Source: Felis catus (lineage: Eukaryota). From it: a stretch of DNA of 64,000 nt. The position numbers and the translations under genes were made by a program. The stretch is from positions 32,862,001-32,926,000 of the forward strand of contig NC_058368.1 of assembly GCF_018350175.1 (NCBI RefSeq), in the 5' to 3' direction. This document shows positions 37,751 to 51,450 of the stretch, piece after piece. The notes under the pieces were generated by a model. It was not told the DNA's origin and made no database searches. It saw only the letters and a list, made by a program, of their open reading frames with translations. Numbering within the stretch: position 1 is the stretch's first letter; the number at the start of each line of letters is the position of its first letter.

Positions 37751-37997
37751 TTAAAAATACAACTTTACCTGAGATTACTATTGCATATTTATATTTTCCC
37801 CCAAATTAAATGATTTTTTCTTAATATTGACTTTGAGTTTGGTATGAATGCAACTCTGTGTCCCACATTATACATTTACATATTTTGTAGTACTTTTGCA
37901 CATTTTATCTGACTCATTAAAAGCTGTTTTTTCACTGGGGCTTCTATCTGTTGTTCCAATAATTATTTTTTATAATGCTAGAAAATGCAATGTTATC

Positions 37998-38196
37998 TTT
38001 TTTTTTTAATGTTTAGTTTTGAGAGAGAGAGAGAGACAGAGTACCAGTGGAGGAGGGGCAGAGAGGGAGACACAGAATCGGAAGCAGCTCTAGGCTCTGA
38101 GCTGTCAGCACAGAGCCTGACACGGGGCTTGAACCCACAAACCCTGAGATTATGACCCAGTTGGGACGCTTAACCGACTGAGACACCTAGGTGCCT
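37998..38196 (-). mobile_element. Can-SINE
   Basis: Full SINE layout on the minus strand. Confidence 0.92.
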
Positions 38197-39214
38197 GTAA
38201 AATCTCTCCTTAAGGTTGATAATTAAGTTAATATACTCGAGATTCGAATTTATGGTAAAATTGTGGTGTCATATCCCACTTCATATTTGCACGTTAGAGT
38301 TTGTGTATTTAACAAAAGGAGAAGGAAATGTTGGATATCCAGAGCATTATATTATTGAGGGAATTGCAACCTATATTAGATTGTTGTGTTTGGATATGAT
38401 TGTGTTTGTATTGTGTTTCCTGAAGAACTAGAGCATACAATTTAGAGAGGTAGGTAGAATTGCTTACTTGTTGTAAAATACAAAAAAAAAAAAAGTATTA
38501 ATTTCCTCTTTCCTTTTCAAGGAAAATAGCATTTAAAATGAAAAATGCCTTCGGAATTGTTGAAAATATTCCAGAAAAAAGCAACATCAAATTTAGTTTC
38601 AAATCATCTATGGAAGGTGTTAATATAAAACAAAATGAAATTTTCATTTGCAGTGAAGTACTCATCTATCAAAGTGAATTAACTTTTCAGCTAAACAAGT
38701 ACCCTTTAATCAGTGGTGTCTTCTGAACATCTGTCCAAGTTGGCTTGTTATGCATTAGAGTTTTATCCTTGTCTACAATTGAGATTGCAATCTCACAAGT
38801 GATCCTGTGGCTATGTTTCAGATGCTCCTTTTCCTGGGCTCAGCCTCCTATGCTGTCTTTGCTGTAATCCCAGTTGCTTGAACTTGGTTCTTTATTCCCT
38901 GGCTGGTATATACAAAGTAGATTTTCCTGTTTGTTTCAGGCCCTTTCGATTGTTAAAATTTTGCCTGCTTTTAGTTTACCCCAGATGCAAATCCTTCCTC
39001 TGTGTCCACAGGTTGCTCTGTGTTTTGGAACAGTAATTATTTGTGACACAGATACTTATTACTAGCAGAGAGAGTACGTAGACAGAATTATTTTCCTCAG
39101 GTTATGGGAATGAAAATATGACAATAAACTTCCTGATAGGAAATTCTTTGTGGTGAATTTGAAATCTGTGGGCCCTGACCCTGGACAATAAAATTGAAAG
39201 TAGAAAGACCTTAA

Positions 39215-39415
39215 CTTTTTTTTAGTGTTTATTTTGAGAGAGCCAGTATGTGCATGGGAGGGGGGAAAAGTGGGTTGGTGGGGGAGAAAGGGGGAGAAAG
39301 AGAATAGTGTGTGGTCAGCACAGAGCCCTATGTGGCCCTGGAACTCACGAACCCTGAGATCATGACCTTAACCAAAGAGTTAGATGCTAAACCGACTGAG
39401 CCACCCAGGTGCCCC
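39215..39415 (-). mobile_element. Can-SINE (older)
   Basis: SINE body; TSD gaccttaa(c/t)ttt. Confidence 0.9.
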
Positions 39416-40249
39416 AGGACCTTAATTTTCAATTATTTTTAACCTAGTCACTTTTCTGAGATGATACTGTTTGTTATGATCTATAACCGAAAATAACAAT
39501 GTTGGCAAAATACAGTAGTTGGAGTATTGACACTGTTGCTTTTGTTTGGGAAACTTTATTCGGATTTCTTTTACAGTTCAATGATTTTAAAAGTTCTCTT
39601 TATTTTCTCTATTTCTCCGTGTGGGAATGGTGCTGTAATACTGGAAAATGTTAGCAAAGACATCTGTGAGGTTAGAAAACCTAGCTAACCTAAACTGGGG
39701 AGTGCTGTGGGGAAAATACCAGTTCAACTGAAAGAAAGTCTAGACTGCAGACCTCCTAGAATAACCCAGTATCTGCCATTTATCAGCTGAAACTCTTAGG
39801 TTTTGTAATGGAAATGTAAACAGGTGAGCTGCCTCTCTGAGTTAGTTCTGAATTAGGTTAAGTCCTCTGTGAGATGAGAATAATATCTAGGTTCTTGTTA
39901 TAAAATGTTACAGAAACAATATAAGGTAGATTATATTGTCACTTGATTCATAAGTGGTGGAATATATTTTAACTTTTATCCCTTTTATCTGATGGCTGAG
40001 TAGCTCCTATTGAATAGGCTATAAAATGGGAAAATATGAAAAGTTAGGGACGGAGAGAGCCACTGGGAGTTGAATGGAAGTGTAATTAAATGATAGAGTA
40101 AAAGTACTTAGTAATATGAGGGGAAACCATGAGGAGCACGTAATGGCTAGAAAAGGAGAGGGCAGTATGAAAACAGGAATTCAAAGAAAACGGGAAGACT
40201 CTGAACACAAACCTGAGCATTAAATCACTTACACAATTCTAACTGACAG

Positions 40250-40460
40250 CATAGCTTCTTGATTAAGCACTAACTCTTGATTTTGGCTCAGGTCATGATC
40301 TCATGGTTTGTGGGATCCAGCCCTGGGGTGTCTCTTTGCTGACAGTGCTGAGCCTGCTTGGGATTCACTCTCTCTAACTCTGTCTGTCGGTCTGTCTCTC
40401 TCTTTCAAAAGTAAATACTAAAAAAATTTTAATGAAAATTAAAATAAATAAAAACAAAAA
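40250..40460 (+). mobile_element. Can-SINE with degraded 5' end
   Basis: ttggctcaggtcatgatctcatggtttgtggg..., CT tract, A-rich tail. Confidence 0.85.
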
Positions 40461-42038
40461 TATGGAACAAAAATGACATATTATCTAAAAAGTAAATTTT
40501 ATTACTGCTTTCTACATTAAAGTATAGAAATCCAGCTATATATTAACACGGACAAACATAGCTTCCTTTCTTTTGTTATAATCCACATTTATTTTGTATT
40601 ACCTGTCTAATGTGTTCCCTAAACATAGGCTCCTTCTGCAGCACCAAGTGACGTTTCATGTGGGAGGTTATGCCTGCAGATTATCTGGTTGTCGGGGCTA
40701 CTTTCAAGGGGTGTTTTCAGGGTGTCATTCGCTAGCATCAACTTACGTTGTGGTATTTTTTGCACGTTGACCTCACCACCTGTTTCATATGCATAACGCT
40801 TTGGTCTGTCTTCAGAATTTGTTGTTTAAGAATGCCCTTGCTTTGTGTCCTCTCACTTTATACAGTGAGAGAATGGTAGGTGCATTTTTCTTGTTGATAG
40901 GGCTATCAGGAAATTCAGACACCTATGAATTTGGATGCTCATTTTTAAAATACAGTTCCATTCTCACTGTCATGAATATATTCTTGAGAGCAAATGCTGT
41001 GGTTAATGTGTGTGCTTGTTTGAATTAGTGGATCTGCACCATTTTGTTACTTTAACTGAATACCTTGCTTCCCCCAACAAAATTGCTGGCTCAGAAGTAG
41101 CAAGTACCTAAATGTATAAGATGTTTTTAGCAGCATTTGTTTATCGCATTGATGTGTGCTGAGCCATATCACTAGCCATTTGTTGAAATTTTCTTTCACT
41201 TCTCAAATAGTTATTGTTTTAGACTATTGTCATGTTTTTTTTTTAAATTTTCATTTTATTCCAGTATATGTTCTTTTAAAACTTTACCGTGGCACACTTG
41301 GGTTTTCTTTAATATTTAAGTTTTTCATCTGTTCCAATTTTTTATACTCTACTTGCCTGTTTTCCAAATGTGAATAATACCTAAAGGTAATGTAATGAGT
41401 TAAATAGATGAATGAATGAATGATATGAATTACTGAATGAATACTTCTAGGCCTAGGTTGTTCATAAAACTGCTAAGTCAGTAGTAACCCCTTGGGTAGA
41501 TAAGCTCTATGTGACTTATCATAAGGAGTTGAGCCAAGAACTCATTTCATGTTAGTGTTACCACCTTCTTAATGAACAACATTCTGAAATGATTAGTATA
41601 AATAGCTGTAGAGGAAGCTTTGAACTATAGGCAACATGTGTTCTCTCCTTAAGAAGTTCAGCAGGCATTGTTTTGTCCCTGAAGTCAGGTGGGAATTTTT
41701 ACCCTCTTAAGGGGTAATGCAGCTGGAATTCACGTAGAGGTTAATGTAGGGCATCACCAATTTAATTAGTCTAACCACTTGAGTCCTGCTGAATAAAATC
41801 ATACATGGGGTTAGTCCCTTACCAGTGGGAAAGGATAAGACACACATACAGGTAGAGCACTAACAGTCTGTAGGTGATTGTCTGAGTTATGTGCTCTGCA
41901 CTACACAATGGGTGGGAGAGCCAGTGAAGCATTCAGCCATTGAATTTCCTGGCTGCTTAAGTGACTCACATATTACTCAGGACAAATTAGCCTCGACGAT
42001 TTCTTCCACTACTTTTCCTTCAATGAACATCATTTGTC

Positions 42039-42145
42039 TTGCTCCCCCTTGCTCCCCCTTGCTCCCCCTTGCTCCCCCTTGCTCCCCCTTGCTCCCCCTT
42101 GCTCCCCCTTGCTCCCCCTTGCTCCCCCTTGCTCCCCCTTGCTCC
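42039..42145. repeat. Perfect 10-bp tandem repeat (GCTCCCCCTT)x10
   Basis: Ten identical units at 42041-42140. Confidence 0.98.
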
Positions 42146-42649
42146 TCACCTCTTTCTTTCAGATAAATTTTCTTCCCAGATATCTCAAGTTTACTCTTTT
42201 CATGGTCCTTATAAGAAAATAGCAGATGATCTTTGTTGACCCCTTAGGGGAATGTTAAATAGGACCTTTTCATTGATAGGTAATTCCTAGTTGTCAACAA
42301 ATGCAAATATAAGAATCAATTTTAAGTGCTGGGAAACTACTGAACTTTCAAAAACACTAGTTCAATTCCTTTCTTACAATACCAATTTTAAAAAGTTGGC
42401 AGATTCTTTATGTTCCCTAAAGCATTTTATTAAGAATTGTATGGTTGGGGTGACTGGCAGTTTCTGAATAATAACTAAAAGTGACTCATGCTCTCAAGAA
42501 TAAGAAATATAAAGCTGACCATCTTCAGAACAGTTATCTGATATAAATGCTAACAGAGTCAAACATTGCTATTAATTAAAAAAGACTGGTTTCGATATAA
42601 TCAAAGGAACCCTTCATTCTAGAAATATAAAACCTGTTGTAACTATATA

Positions 42650-42745
42650 CTTAAAAAAATTGAAGTGTAATTAACAGCGTTATTAGTTTCAGATGTGTAG
42701 TATGATTCACCAATTGTATACATTTCTCAATACTCATTAAATGTA
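42650..42745 (-). mobile_element. L1 3' end fragment
   Basis: aattgaagtgtaattaacagcgttattagtttcagatgtgtagtatgattca. Confidence 0.6.
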
Positions 42746-43179
42746 CTCTTATCTCCTTTATATCATTTTTAATGAATGTACAAGAATTTACATACTTGAG
42801 AACTTGAGAGAATTCATGAATCCTTTTCACTAAGGTGTACATTTTAATCAAGCTTAGCTATGACAAAAGAATTTTGTCTATGGGTAATTTTTTCAAGGGT
42901 TGATAACTAATTTGAAATAAAGCTTGTGATAAGTGTTAGAACCAAGGATCCTTTCTTTCTGCTCATCACAGAGGGAGAATATTGACAATAATTAGAAAGG
43001 TTACATATCTTGATTTTTGTCCTACCAATTTTTCTTTATTGTACAAAGAGATTAGGGAATTCATAGGTAAGTGATAGAATTTCTCACTCCAAACTGAAAT
43101 GCATTCAGGTTGATGTTCCAATATCCATTTATCTACCTGTCAAGAGCAGACTTAGTCTTACTGATCATTGATACTTCCT

Positions 43180-43900
43180 GTTCTTTCCCCTTCTGACAAT
43201 TCCTTGGCCACTTAAAGTTATATATTCTCCTATAACTAATACCAATGAAAAATAAGTAGGAATAAGGTGTGTCACTTCTAAGAAGTATTTAATTGCTGAT
43301 ACTTGAGTTTTCTACTGCCCTTTCCCTTCTTCTTTAAATGGAAAGTCCTGTATTATCATCAGTTTAGCTCCAGTATGGTAGAATCTTCAACTTGAATCAC
43401 TGGCTCACTGCTGAGAAAGCTTTTGCCTGGGACATTTTCCAGCTCCACAGTAGACTTAAAATTACTAAGAAATTAGGGAGCCTGGGTGGCTCGGTTGGTG
43501 AGGTGTCTAAATCTTGATCTCAGCTCAGGTCACAATCTCATGGTATGTGACTTCAAGCCCCACATGGGGCTCAATGCTAGTGGTACAAAGCATGTTTGGG
43601 ATTCTGTCTCCCTCTCTCTCTGCCCCTCCCCTGTTCATGCTGTCTCTCTGTCTCTCTGTCTCTCTGTCTCTCTGTCTCTCTGTCTGTCTCTCTGTCTCTC
43701 TGTCTCTCTGTCTCTCTGTCTCTCTGTCTCTCTGTCTCTCTGTCTCTCTGTCTCTCTGTCTCTCTGTCTCTCTGTCTCTCTGTCTCTAAAGATGAAATTT
43801 TTTTAAAAATAAGAAATAAACTTTTCTTTTAATACAACCATGGTTTTGGACTTAAAAGTGTTCCTACAACATACCCTATCCTATTCTGTATGATAAACTA
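43180..43900 (+). mobile_element. MLT1I/J-like LTR relic interrupted by a SINE
   Basis: ccaatgaaa...gtcacttctaagaag before the SINE; agaaataaacttt...caacataccctatccta after it. Confidence 0.45.
43476..43810 (+). mobile_element. Can-SINE with expanded (TCTCTCTG)n tract
   Basis: SINE head; CT region expanded to ~145 bp at 43641-43787. Confidence 0.92.
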
Positions 43901-44035
43901 CTTATCAACTCTGTTTATATGAAGCTTTTGATTCTACGTGCGGTTGGAGGTGGGGGAAGGCTTGATTTTGTTTTTACAACAATTGGCAATTTTGTTAGGA
44001 AATTTCACCCTTCCTTTTATCTGGACCATTAAAAA

Positions 44036-44249
44036 AATTTTTTTAACACTTATTTTTGAGAGAGTGAGAGAGAGACTGAGACTGAGTGCAAGCAGGGGAG
44101 GGACAGAGAGAGACAGAGACACAAATCTGAAGCAGGCTCCAGACTGAGCTGACAGCACAGAGCCTGATGTGTGGCTTGAACTCATGAGACCCGAGATTGT
44201 GACCTGAGCCAAGGTCATATCCTTAACCGACTGAGCCACCATGGTGCCC
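44036..44249 (-). mobile_element. Can-SINE
   Basis: Full SINE; TSD tggaccattaaa. Confidence 0.93.
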
Positions 44250-45219
44250 TGGACCATTAAAGTAAAAGAAATATGGCTTCTATTTTTTTCATTGCATAGA
44301 GCTGTATGCCTCCCAGTATTTAAGCATGAAAGATTTTCTAAATGCTATTGTTAATAATATTAACTTCCTCTGAATATGACAGAAAACAGTAAACTATCCT
44401 TTAGAGGTTAACTTGCATGTACAAGCTGAGTTTTTTTTACCGTCTGAGTTAATTAGTTGAAAAATAATCAAATTAAGTGAATTCTTAATGATTGCTTACT
44501 AACTGACTTTAATCCTATCCATTCAGGATTCGCTAATGTTTTATTGAGCTCCCACTCTATATCAAGATGTAATCGTAACTTGAGATAAAATAGTGAAAAA
44601 GATTAACAAAGTCTCAAATTTCATATGCCTCTGTGGCATGTTTGTGCATACAGGGTGTGCCAAACAGAAATTATTCCAAGTGCCCAGAGACGAAATGCTC
44701 ACTTTGAGATCACATGTGAGGTGGTAGTAGGGAGCCAATCATTCCTCCTCGCTTGCCACTTAATAGTTTTTCTACTCATGGCTACTGTACCTGCAGAGCT
44801 GAAGCATTGTAGATGCCTTAGCCATCTATTGGGGAGATGTTATCATCAGGAAGAGTAGACCTTAGTGTAAAAGGCTTTTAATGCTAGTTCATTTTCCACC
44901 CATCACCCAGGGAAAAATTAAATTGCATATAAAGTACTTAGTATGCTTTCAAAGACCTGAATTGCTGTATGTGTTCAGTCATTTCTTGATATTCTCTTCA
45001 TTGAATTTCATTAGTTCATAATAGCAAACTGTTGTTATACTCCTTTTCCATCTGTCTGTTTATCATCACTTGTATAATTCTTGTGAGCCTTTGGTGATCT
45101 AAACTCTCAATTTTACCTTGATGGCTTTCCCAGTAGAATCTTTGCTTAATCAACTAAATAGGGCTAGTATCCTTTGCTATGCTGCCATTGTTCCCTGAGT
45201 ATATTTTATCATAGCACTA

Positions 45220-45267
<48 letters not shown>

Positions 45268-45296
45268 GTACATATATATTTATTTACTTGATTATC

Positions 45297-45460
45297 TTTT
45301 TTTAAGTTTATTTTTGAGAGAGAGAGAGAGAGAGAATATGAACCCCAAGCAGGTTTATGCTATCAGCACAGAGCCTGATTTAGGGCTTGATCTCACCAAC
45401 TGTGAGGTCTTGACCTGAGCTGAAGTCAGACACCCAACTGAATGAGCCACCCAGGCCCCC
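45297..45460 (-). mobile_element. Can-SINE (older)
   Basis: SINE body and (GA)n; adjacent (CA)n at 45222-45264. Confidence 0.88.
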
Positions 45461-45831
45461 AGAAAAAAACATTTTTCTTAATTGTATTTGTTTTCAGTAA
45501 GAAGAATGCCTAGATATAACTGTAAGTCAAAAGCTGTCAATGTGAGCTACTGCTTGATAAGAGCTCTTGTTATATTATAGATAAAATATCATCTGGGTGC
45601 AACAAGTTCCAAAGCCAAGGTTACTCATTCACATATGGAAACTCTAACCTAAACAAAACACACTTCTACCTTTACCAAGTCCTGTTATACTTTACAATAT
45701 GCTATGATTGTGTGTGGAGAGAACACATATCGCGATAATATTTGGAGTTTGCATCCTAGCTTCGTTACAATTTTATGACTTGGGGAAATTCTTTTTTTTT
45801 TCAATTTTGTGTTCAACAAAATTTAAATAAT

Positions 45832-46610
45832 TGTAATAGCCCCCAATTGTCTAGGCCCAAGACAAAGCCATTCCATTACTGGTGTCACATCAGCAACTTA
45901 AACCTTGATAACTTTTGTGTCCCTGCAAACATTCCACTTGACCAGAAGCACCGTATATTCACTTAACTGCCTAGCCTAACTGCCAAGCCACTTCTGGGCT
46001 TTGTCACCTCAGACAAGTTTGACTATGTGGCCCCAGCCAATCAGATATTTTTTCATTATTTCCTTACTCTTTATCCTTTATTCTATTTTTAGAAATCACA
46101 AAAACTTCCTGGCTTTTGCTCCTGTTGGAGGAGCTCATTGAGAGGATGTGACCACATATGACCCATGAGCTGGACCTGGGCAACCAGACCCTCCTTCCCT
46201 ATCCTTGGAATGTAAATTCCTCCTACCTTTCCCATACTAGGAGCTGTTTCAAAGACACAAACTTGAGAGACAAAGATTGTTGTTGAGACTATCCTGATTG
46301 AATATTTGTTTGAATCCAATTAAGTCCCCTATATAAATTTTTAAGATTGTGGTAGGTAGGTATGGAGATATACTCATCTTGCAGCCCTCCAAGACGAGCC
46401 TCATGTGTAAGTTCCCTTGCTTATTAACGTGCCACCTACCAACGTGAAATGGTCTGCTCTTTCTATCTGTCTCCTGGCCCTCTGTGTTCAGGGACCAGTT
46501 TGCAAGCCATAGTTCCATTCTGCAGTTCTCTGAAAGCAAATGGCCTGCTTTGTGAAGCATTAAAGTTTGTTTATATCCCCAAATTGTTTAATCTTTTTTT
46601 TTTTTTAACA
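45832..46610 (+). mobile_element. ERV1 (MER4/MER34-group) 5' LTR, apparently with a second LTR nested at ~46147-46511
   Basis: TG start, CCAAT (cagccaatcag), ATTAAA near 46558 and ..TTTTAACA end followed by a TTTGG PBS-like start. The inner segment has its own TATA (TATATAAA) and R/U5-like end. Confidence 0.6.
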
Positions 46611-49600
46611 GTTTGGATGACAAGGAATGAGATCCCAAAGCTGACTGCTAGGGGATTATGGGACAACAAGACACACAGGTAAGACATCTGCTGAACTCTT
46701 TAAGTTCAGTGTTCCTGCCCTTACTACCAATGGCTGAAGGTAAGTCACTCTTGGATTTGAGCTCCACTTCCTTGTGTGTAGCTCTCCAATTCACACTTCA
46801 CTTTAAAATGTATAATTATTTTAAAAAGTTCTGGGGCCTGGAGATGTTCCAGGGCTTATTAAAATTCTGAGAAAGATTCTGGTGTCCAGTAAAGGTTCTG
46901 GGTTTTATTAAACTTCGCAGAAAGGTCTGGGGTCCTGGTAAGTTTCTGGGGTAGATATATTGGGAGCTTTCAATGGATAGCAGCTTTGGGGAGCTCAGAA
47001 AGCCTCAAAGTTACACTACAGCATAAACCACTTGGGAACTTCGGAAAATAAGACAAATTCATACTATTGAGACGATCAAAACCAAAATCTATGCACAGGT
47101 TGGAGTATTAAAAACCATCAGGGTGTCTGTCATTGTAAGGAAATTTTGTGGAAGGTATAATTGATTTCCAATGGAATCTCATATGCCAGAGCTACAAGAT
47201 TGGACAGTAATTTAATGCTTAAAGCATTAAAATCAATGGAAAACTGTGCCGAAATCTGATGGAAAATGGGTTTATAGTCTCTGCTTTAAACCCATTTGCC
47301 CTACAAGGTGCAGATGTGATCTTGGAACACTGGCAGAAACCAGTAAATGGTGAGAATTTTTACCAGAGTCTGCTCTTCTGGATTTCTGTGATGCCTAGTT
47401 GAGAAAGGAAGGTACAAATTTATATAGTCTCCTCCTTTCCAAACCTAGACTCTCATGAATTTGGTTTTGTGGTACCCCTTGGTTGTTGATCCTTTTTCTT
47501 CCAGGGACAGCTATTTCCTTCCTTGTCATTTTGTGTCCTGAGAATTTGACTTGACTTGGCTTTCTGCCTGCTTGGGGCATGCAGTTTATTGGTTTTTGAG
47601 TGTGCAGAAAACTTAGCCATTACATTGGGGGCCCGAATCTGTGGTTGGGCAGAAATATGAGTTGTGTTCATTTGCAGCTGGGGTTCTACCCAGTGTTGTC
47701 AGCTCTCAAGGGGAAAGTGTCTAAATATTTATTTTGGCTGTCTTTGGGAGTGCCTCTGGATCTCAGGAGGGTCATTTGTTACTGTCAGGAATATTGACTT
47801 TATTCAGTCTAGAGGGGTTTTTCAATGTGACAAGAGATTTGAAAGTTGTTTGTTTTTGTTTTTGTTTTTTGATTTTGTGTTTTAAAGTAGCTGTATGGTC
47901 AGAAGTTGATCAAATGGGAAGGTGATATTCAGTCTCCTAGGGACTTTTTAAAGGCCTTCTCCCCCAAAATAAAATGGAACTGTGTACCCAGAGGGGAAGA
48001 AAATCATTCCAAAGACAAACAGCTCTAAACTTAGAACACGAGGATCTTTGTATTTCTATTTTAGTTGAAGATCTTCCTGATACAAAGAATAGAAGATAAT
48101 GTACTTGGATGGGTGGGTCAGCACGTTGATATAATTCAGATTGCCCCCTGATTGTTTGAGGAATTAAAAACAACTGTCCTAGAAATTGAGTACAATTTGT
48201 GGAACCTGTCTTATAAATTGAGTCTTTACGTGAACAGAAAAATTCTGTCTATACTTCTTACCAATCCTCAGACTGCCCTTATTCAATAAACAAGCCTTAT
48301 TCAAAAGTCTTGTAGGTTTTGTGAAAATTCTGGATTCAGGAAACAAAAGGAAGAACTTACATTCTTTTTCTGGGCCTTTGAGATGTAAATGTTCTGTTTT
48401 CTTTAGGATCCAATGGCTATCTCTTTGAAATGGAAACTTCAGGGGGGTAATTCTTATTAGAAAGGGAAAATAAAGGGAATGGCTATTTTAAAACTAAGCA
48501 AATGAAAAACCTTAAAGTCGTCTTTACAAACATTAGTAAAAAATGTAAGCCACTTGAGCAGGTAAACTTAGTGCATCTACCAGAAACATGATTTGGATCC
48601 AACTGTTGTATAAACGAGTGAGTTTTGAATTACCCTGCCTATCTCATGACTAAAATTTAAAAACAAAAACTATTAAGATCTGTTTATGTTGGTCTGTATG
48701 TTTATGTATGTCTATGTATGTATGTTACAGACATGTGATAACTTGTTTTTATCTCTGAATGATATTGCCAAAATGGATTTAATAGATATTGTAAACAGCT
48801 TTCTTAATTGACTTAAATAAAATTAAGCATTCCTATAAATCAAGTATACTTTCAGAAACCTAGGTACTTACCCAAATGTTTTTCAAGTTCGCATGGATCT
48901 AAGGTAATTTTGGGGGGCATGGAGAGAGGATGGCTTAAGTTTGTTGTCTTAAGCAATCATGTCTTTAGAGTTGCCAGTATGAAATATAAGGCAGACATAA
49001 AATTTTTATTCCACCTATGTTTACTAAGAGTCAAAAAAGCTCACAGTATCTGTTAACAGAATTGGCAGCAAGAAAGATAACATAATTGTTGAATGTCTCA
49101 TGAAACTTTTGAGTAATTTAAAACTAATCTTAAGAACAAATTAATTAAATAGATGTAAATAAAAAAGTTAATAAGTGAACTTTACAACAACAACTATACC
49201 TTATGGTATCTACTTAAAAATAGTTTACAAAGTCTGTAGAGGCCGTTTTTAGGCAGACAAGCTTGAGCAATGGAATATAGAAAGGACCACAGCAACCACC
49301 TGGCTGAATATAGACCTGCCTGTCTGGCAACTCATGCCAAAATATACATAGCCCCATCTGACTAATGGGCTACTTATAACTAGGCAGAGTTACCAAAAAA
49401 GGGAGAATTCCATATGTTGCCATACCTCTTCATCTTTCCCTTTTAACAACAGTCCCCGCAACTGCCTCTTGGCAAACAGCCTCTCTGCTGTCCTGCCCAC
49501 TGCTCTCTTGTGGTCTGTTCAATAACTGTCTATCTCCTTTGCTCTGCCTCAGGTGAATTCTTTAACCCCCCAGGCAACTGACTTCCACTCTATCATCACC

Positions 49601-50250
49601 CCACATTTGGGGGCCCCCATCTGATCGAAAGACACCGCATTTAGACATCACAAAATCTTTTGGTAACTTAAAACTTTAAAGTTATACTGATGTAAGTTAA
49701 TCAATGGATATTCACTGAATATCTGGATCATGTCCAAATTAAAATACTAAAGCATCGATTACTAAGCATAGGTGTGTTCACTCTTGGCTTCCTTTTATAG
49801 AAGGACTAAAGATATTTCGGTCTATTAACAAACATGTGTTGTGCTACATTGAAAAAATCTATGAAGAAGAATATAGTTCTAGAAATTGTGAAATGCATTT
49901 ATAAATTTTCCAACCCATAGCATGTTCATGTGACAACAGTTCACAATATCACACTACTTAGTTTTCACTAGGAATTAGGAATTCTAAGGGTTAAGAATTC
50001 TATTTAGTACACATAACTAAAACTACTAGAAATAATAAGGGAAACATCTCTGCAAGGAAAGTAGGGGGTGTTTTGGTAAGAAAAAGTATGAGGTATGTAG
50101 ATATATTTTTGTTAAGGAAAAAAGTATTTTTTTCTTAAAATAAAACAAAATTAACAAAAAAACAAAACCAAAAAACAAAAACAAACCCTCCAAAACCCTG
50201 ATTGTTCCAGAATGAGAAAAGGGGAGGGGGGGGGAACATAGGACAAAAAT
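46611..50250 (+). mobile_element. Non-coding ERV1 (MER4/MER34-group) internal region, 3'-truncated
   Basis: Leader with splice donors and ~48-bp triplicated repeats (46824-46950). MER4-int-like passages tataaacgagtgagttttg...ctcatgactaaaattt and caaaatcttttggtaactt. No intact ORFs and no 3' LTR seen. Confidence 0.7.
49235..49652 (+). mobile_element. Solo LTR inserted into the ERV internal region
   Basis: TG...CA boundaries, 418 bp, TSD aagtc/aaatc; the flanks rejoin into continuous ERV internal sequence. Confidence 0.8.
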
Positions 50251-50299
50251 ATATTTCATAGATTACTCAAATGGAAATACATTTTTTACTCTATAATAG

Positions 50300-51450
50300 G
50301 ATAGAACTTAATACTCTGATAACTATTCTGAGGAATAGTGAAAATAAGTTACTAGGTTGGCAATTGGAATCTTGGGAAAAGTGACGGGAAGGGAGGGATA
50401 AAAGGGATCAGTGTTAGGCATACTAATGTGGATATATGACAGAAGGCCAGAAAACTTACAAGTTGACTACATTTTATTGGAGGGCTCAAAGTTCACTCTC
50501 TGTATATCAAAATAGTAAGGAATGTATTGGTAAGAAGTTCACTAGCATCTTTAAGCTTAATGGCCTCTGTTCTGTTAGTCAGGGCTAAAGGTAGAAGGTG
50601 CCATTCTAAAACAGGGCTCATTGATGACAGAGCATAAAGTGGTTCTGAAACATTAGAGGTCAGATACACATATTTAACTGTCAAAATTACGGTGGAAATG
50701 CTTGTGAAGATTGAGATTCAGAAATCCTAACCCATAGAGAGCTTTAAGGTGATGAGTAGAACATGGCTTTCAGGGGCGAGATACATAGGCTTTCAAAAAG
50801 GGAATTGTTTAATTTTATAGTCAAAAGGATTCCAGGATGGATGATCAGGATGCTGAGAAGTGTAGTCGAATTTCCTTTCCAGTTTCCAGTTTATGCTTGG
50901 ACTTTTCAGTCCTGGAAACTATTGATTGAAGAAAAGGATGAGTCCCTATGAGAATACATAACCAGGGCACATTGGAAAGTGTAACTGGTAATGATTTCCC
51001 AGTCATTCCACCAAAAGTACCACTGAACATATAGTTGGTTAACTATGCCCAAAGAAAAGGAAGATATTCAAACATATTTGAGAACCATGAACACTGATAA
51101 TCAATTTGACATGGGTCATCTGGGATATAAAACCATTATTATGGCTCCCTCATTAGGATGTGGATAAATGTGGGCCAAGTGTCAAAGGAATAGCTTGTTA
51201 CAATCCGGGTCACAATGCATTTGTCCATGAAATTATGCATGTGTATTTTATGTAACAACACTTACAAAGGCTATACTAGTTTAACAAGTTTCAGTTTCGC
51301 TTAAGGCAAACAGGGCAAACGGCATCAGGAATCTCAGGACTGCATTCCTGTTCCATTTATGTAAGTGAAATTACCTACTGCAAGATGTTAGCATTGAACT
51401 AGCTTACCTCCAATGTACAGCTCAGATCTAAGGGATCTAAATGTTCTTAA
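50300..51450 (+). mobile_element. ERVL-MaLR internal (gag/pro-like) relic, copy 1
   Basis: ggtaatgatttcccagtcattccaccaaaagtacc...ttggttaactatgc...attattatggctccctcattagg resembles the MLT1-int protease region. Confidence 0.55.

Noticed and set aside
41891..42239. Pro/Leu-rich ORFs (LAPPCSPLLP repeats)
   Set aside because: Open in all three plus frames because the 10-bp unit has no stop codon.
3947..44257. Recurrent similar ORFs (MAQSVK..SAQVMIS.., GQRETEHERGRGR..) resembling a gene family
   Set aside because: All coincide with Can-SINE copies flanked by TSDs.
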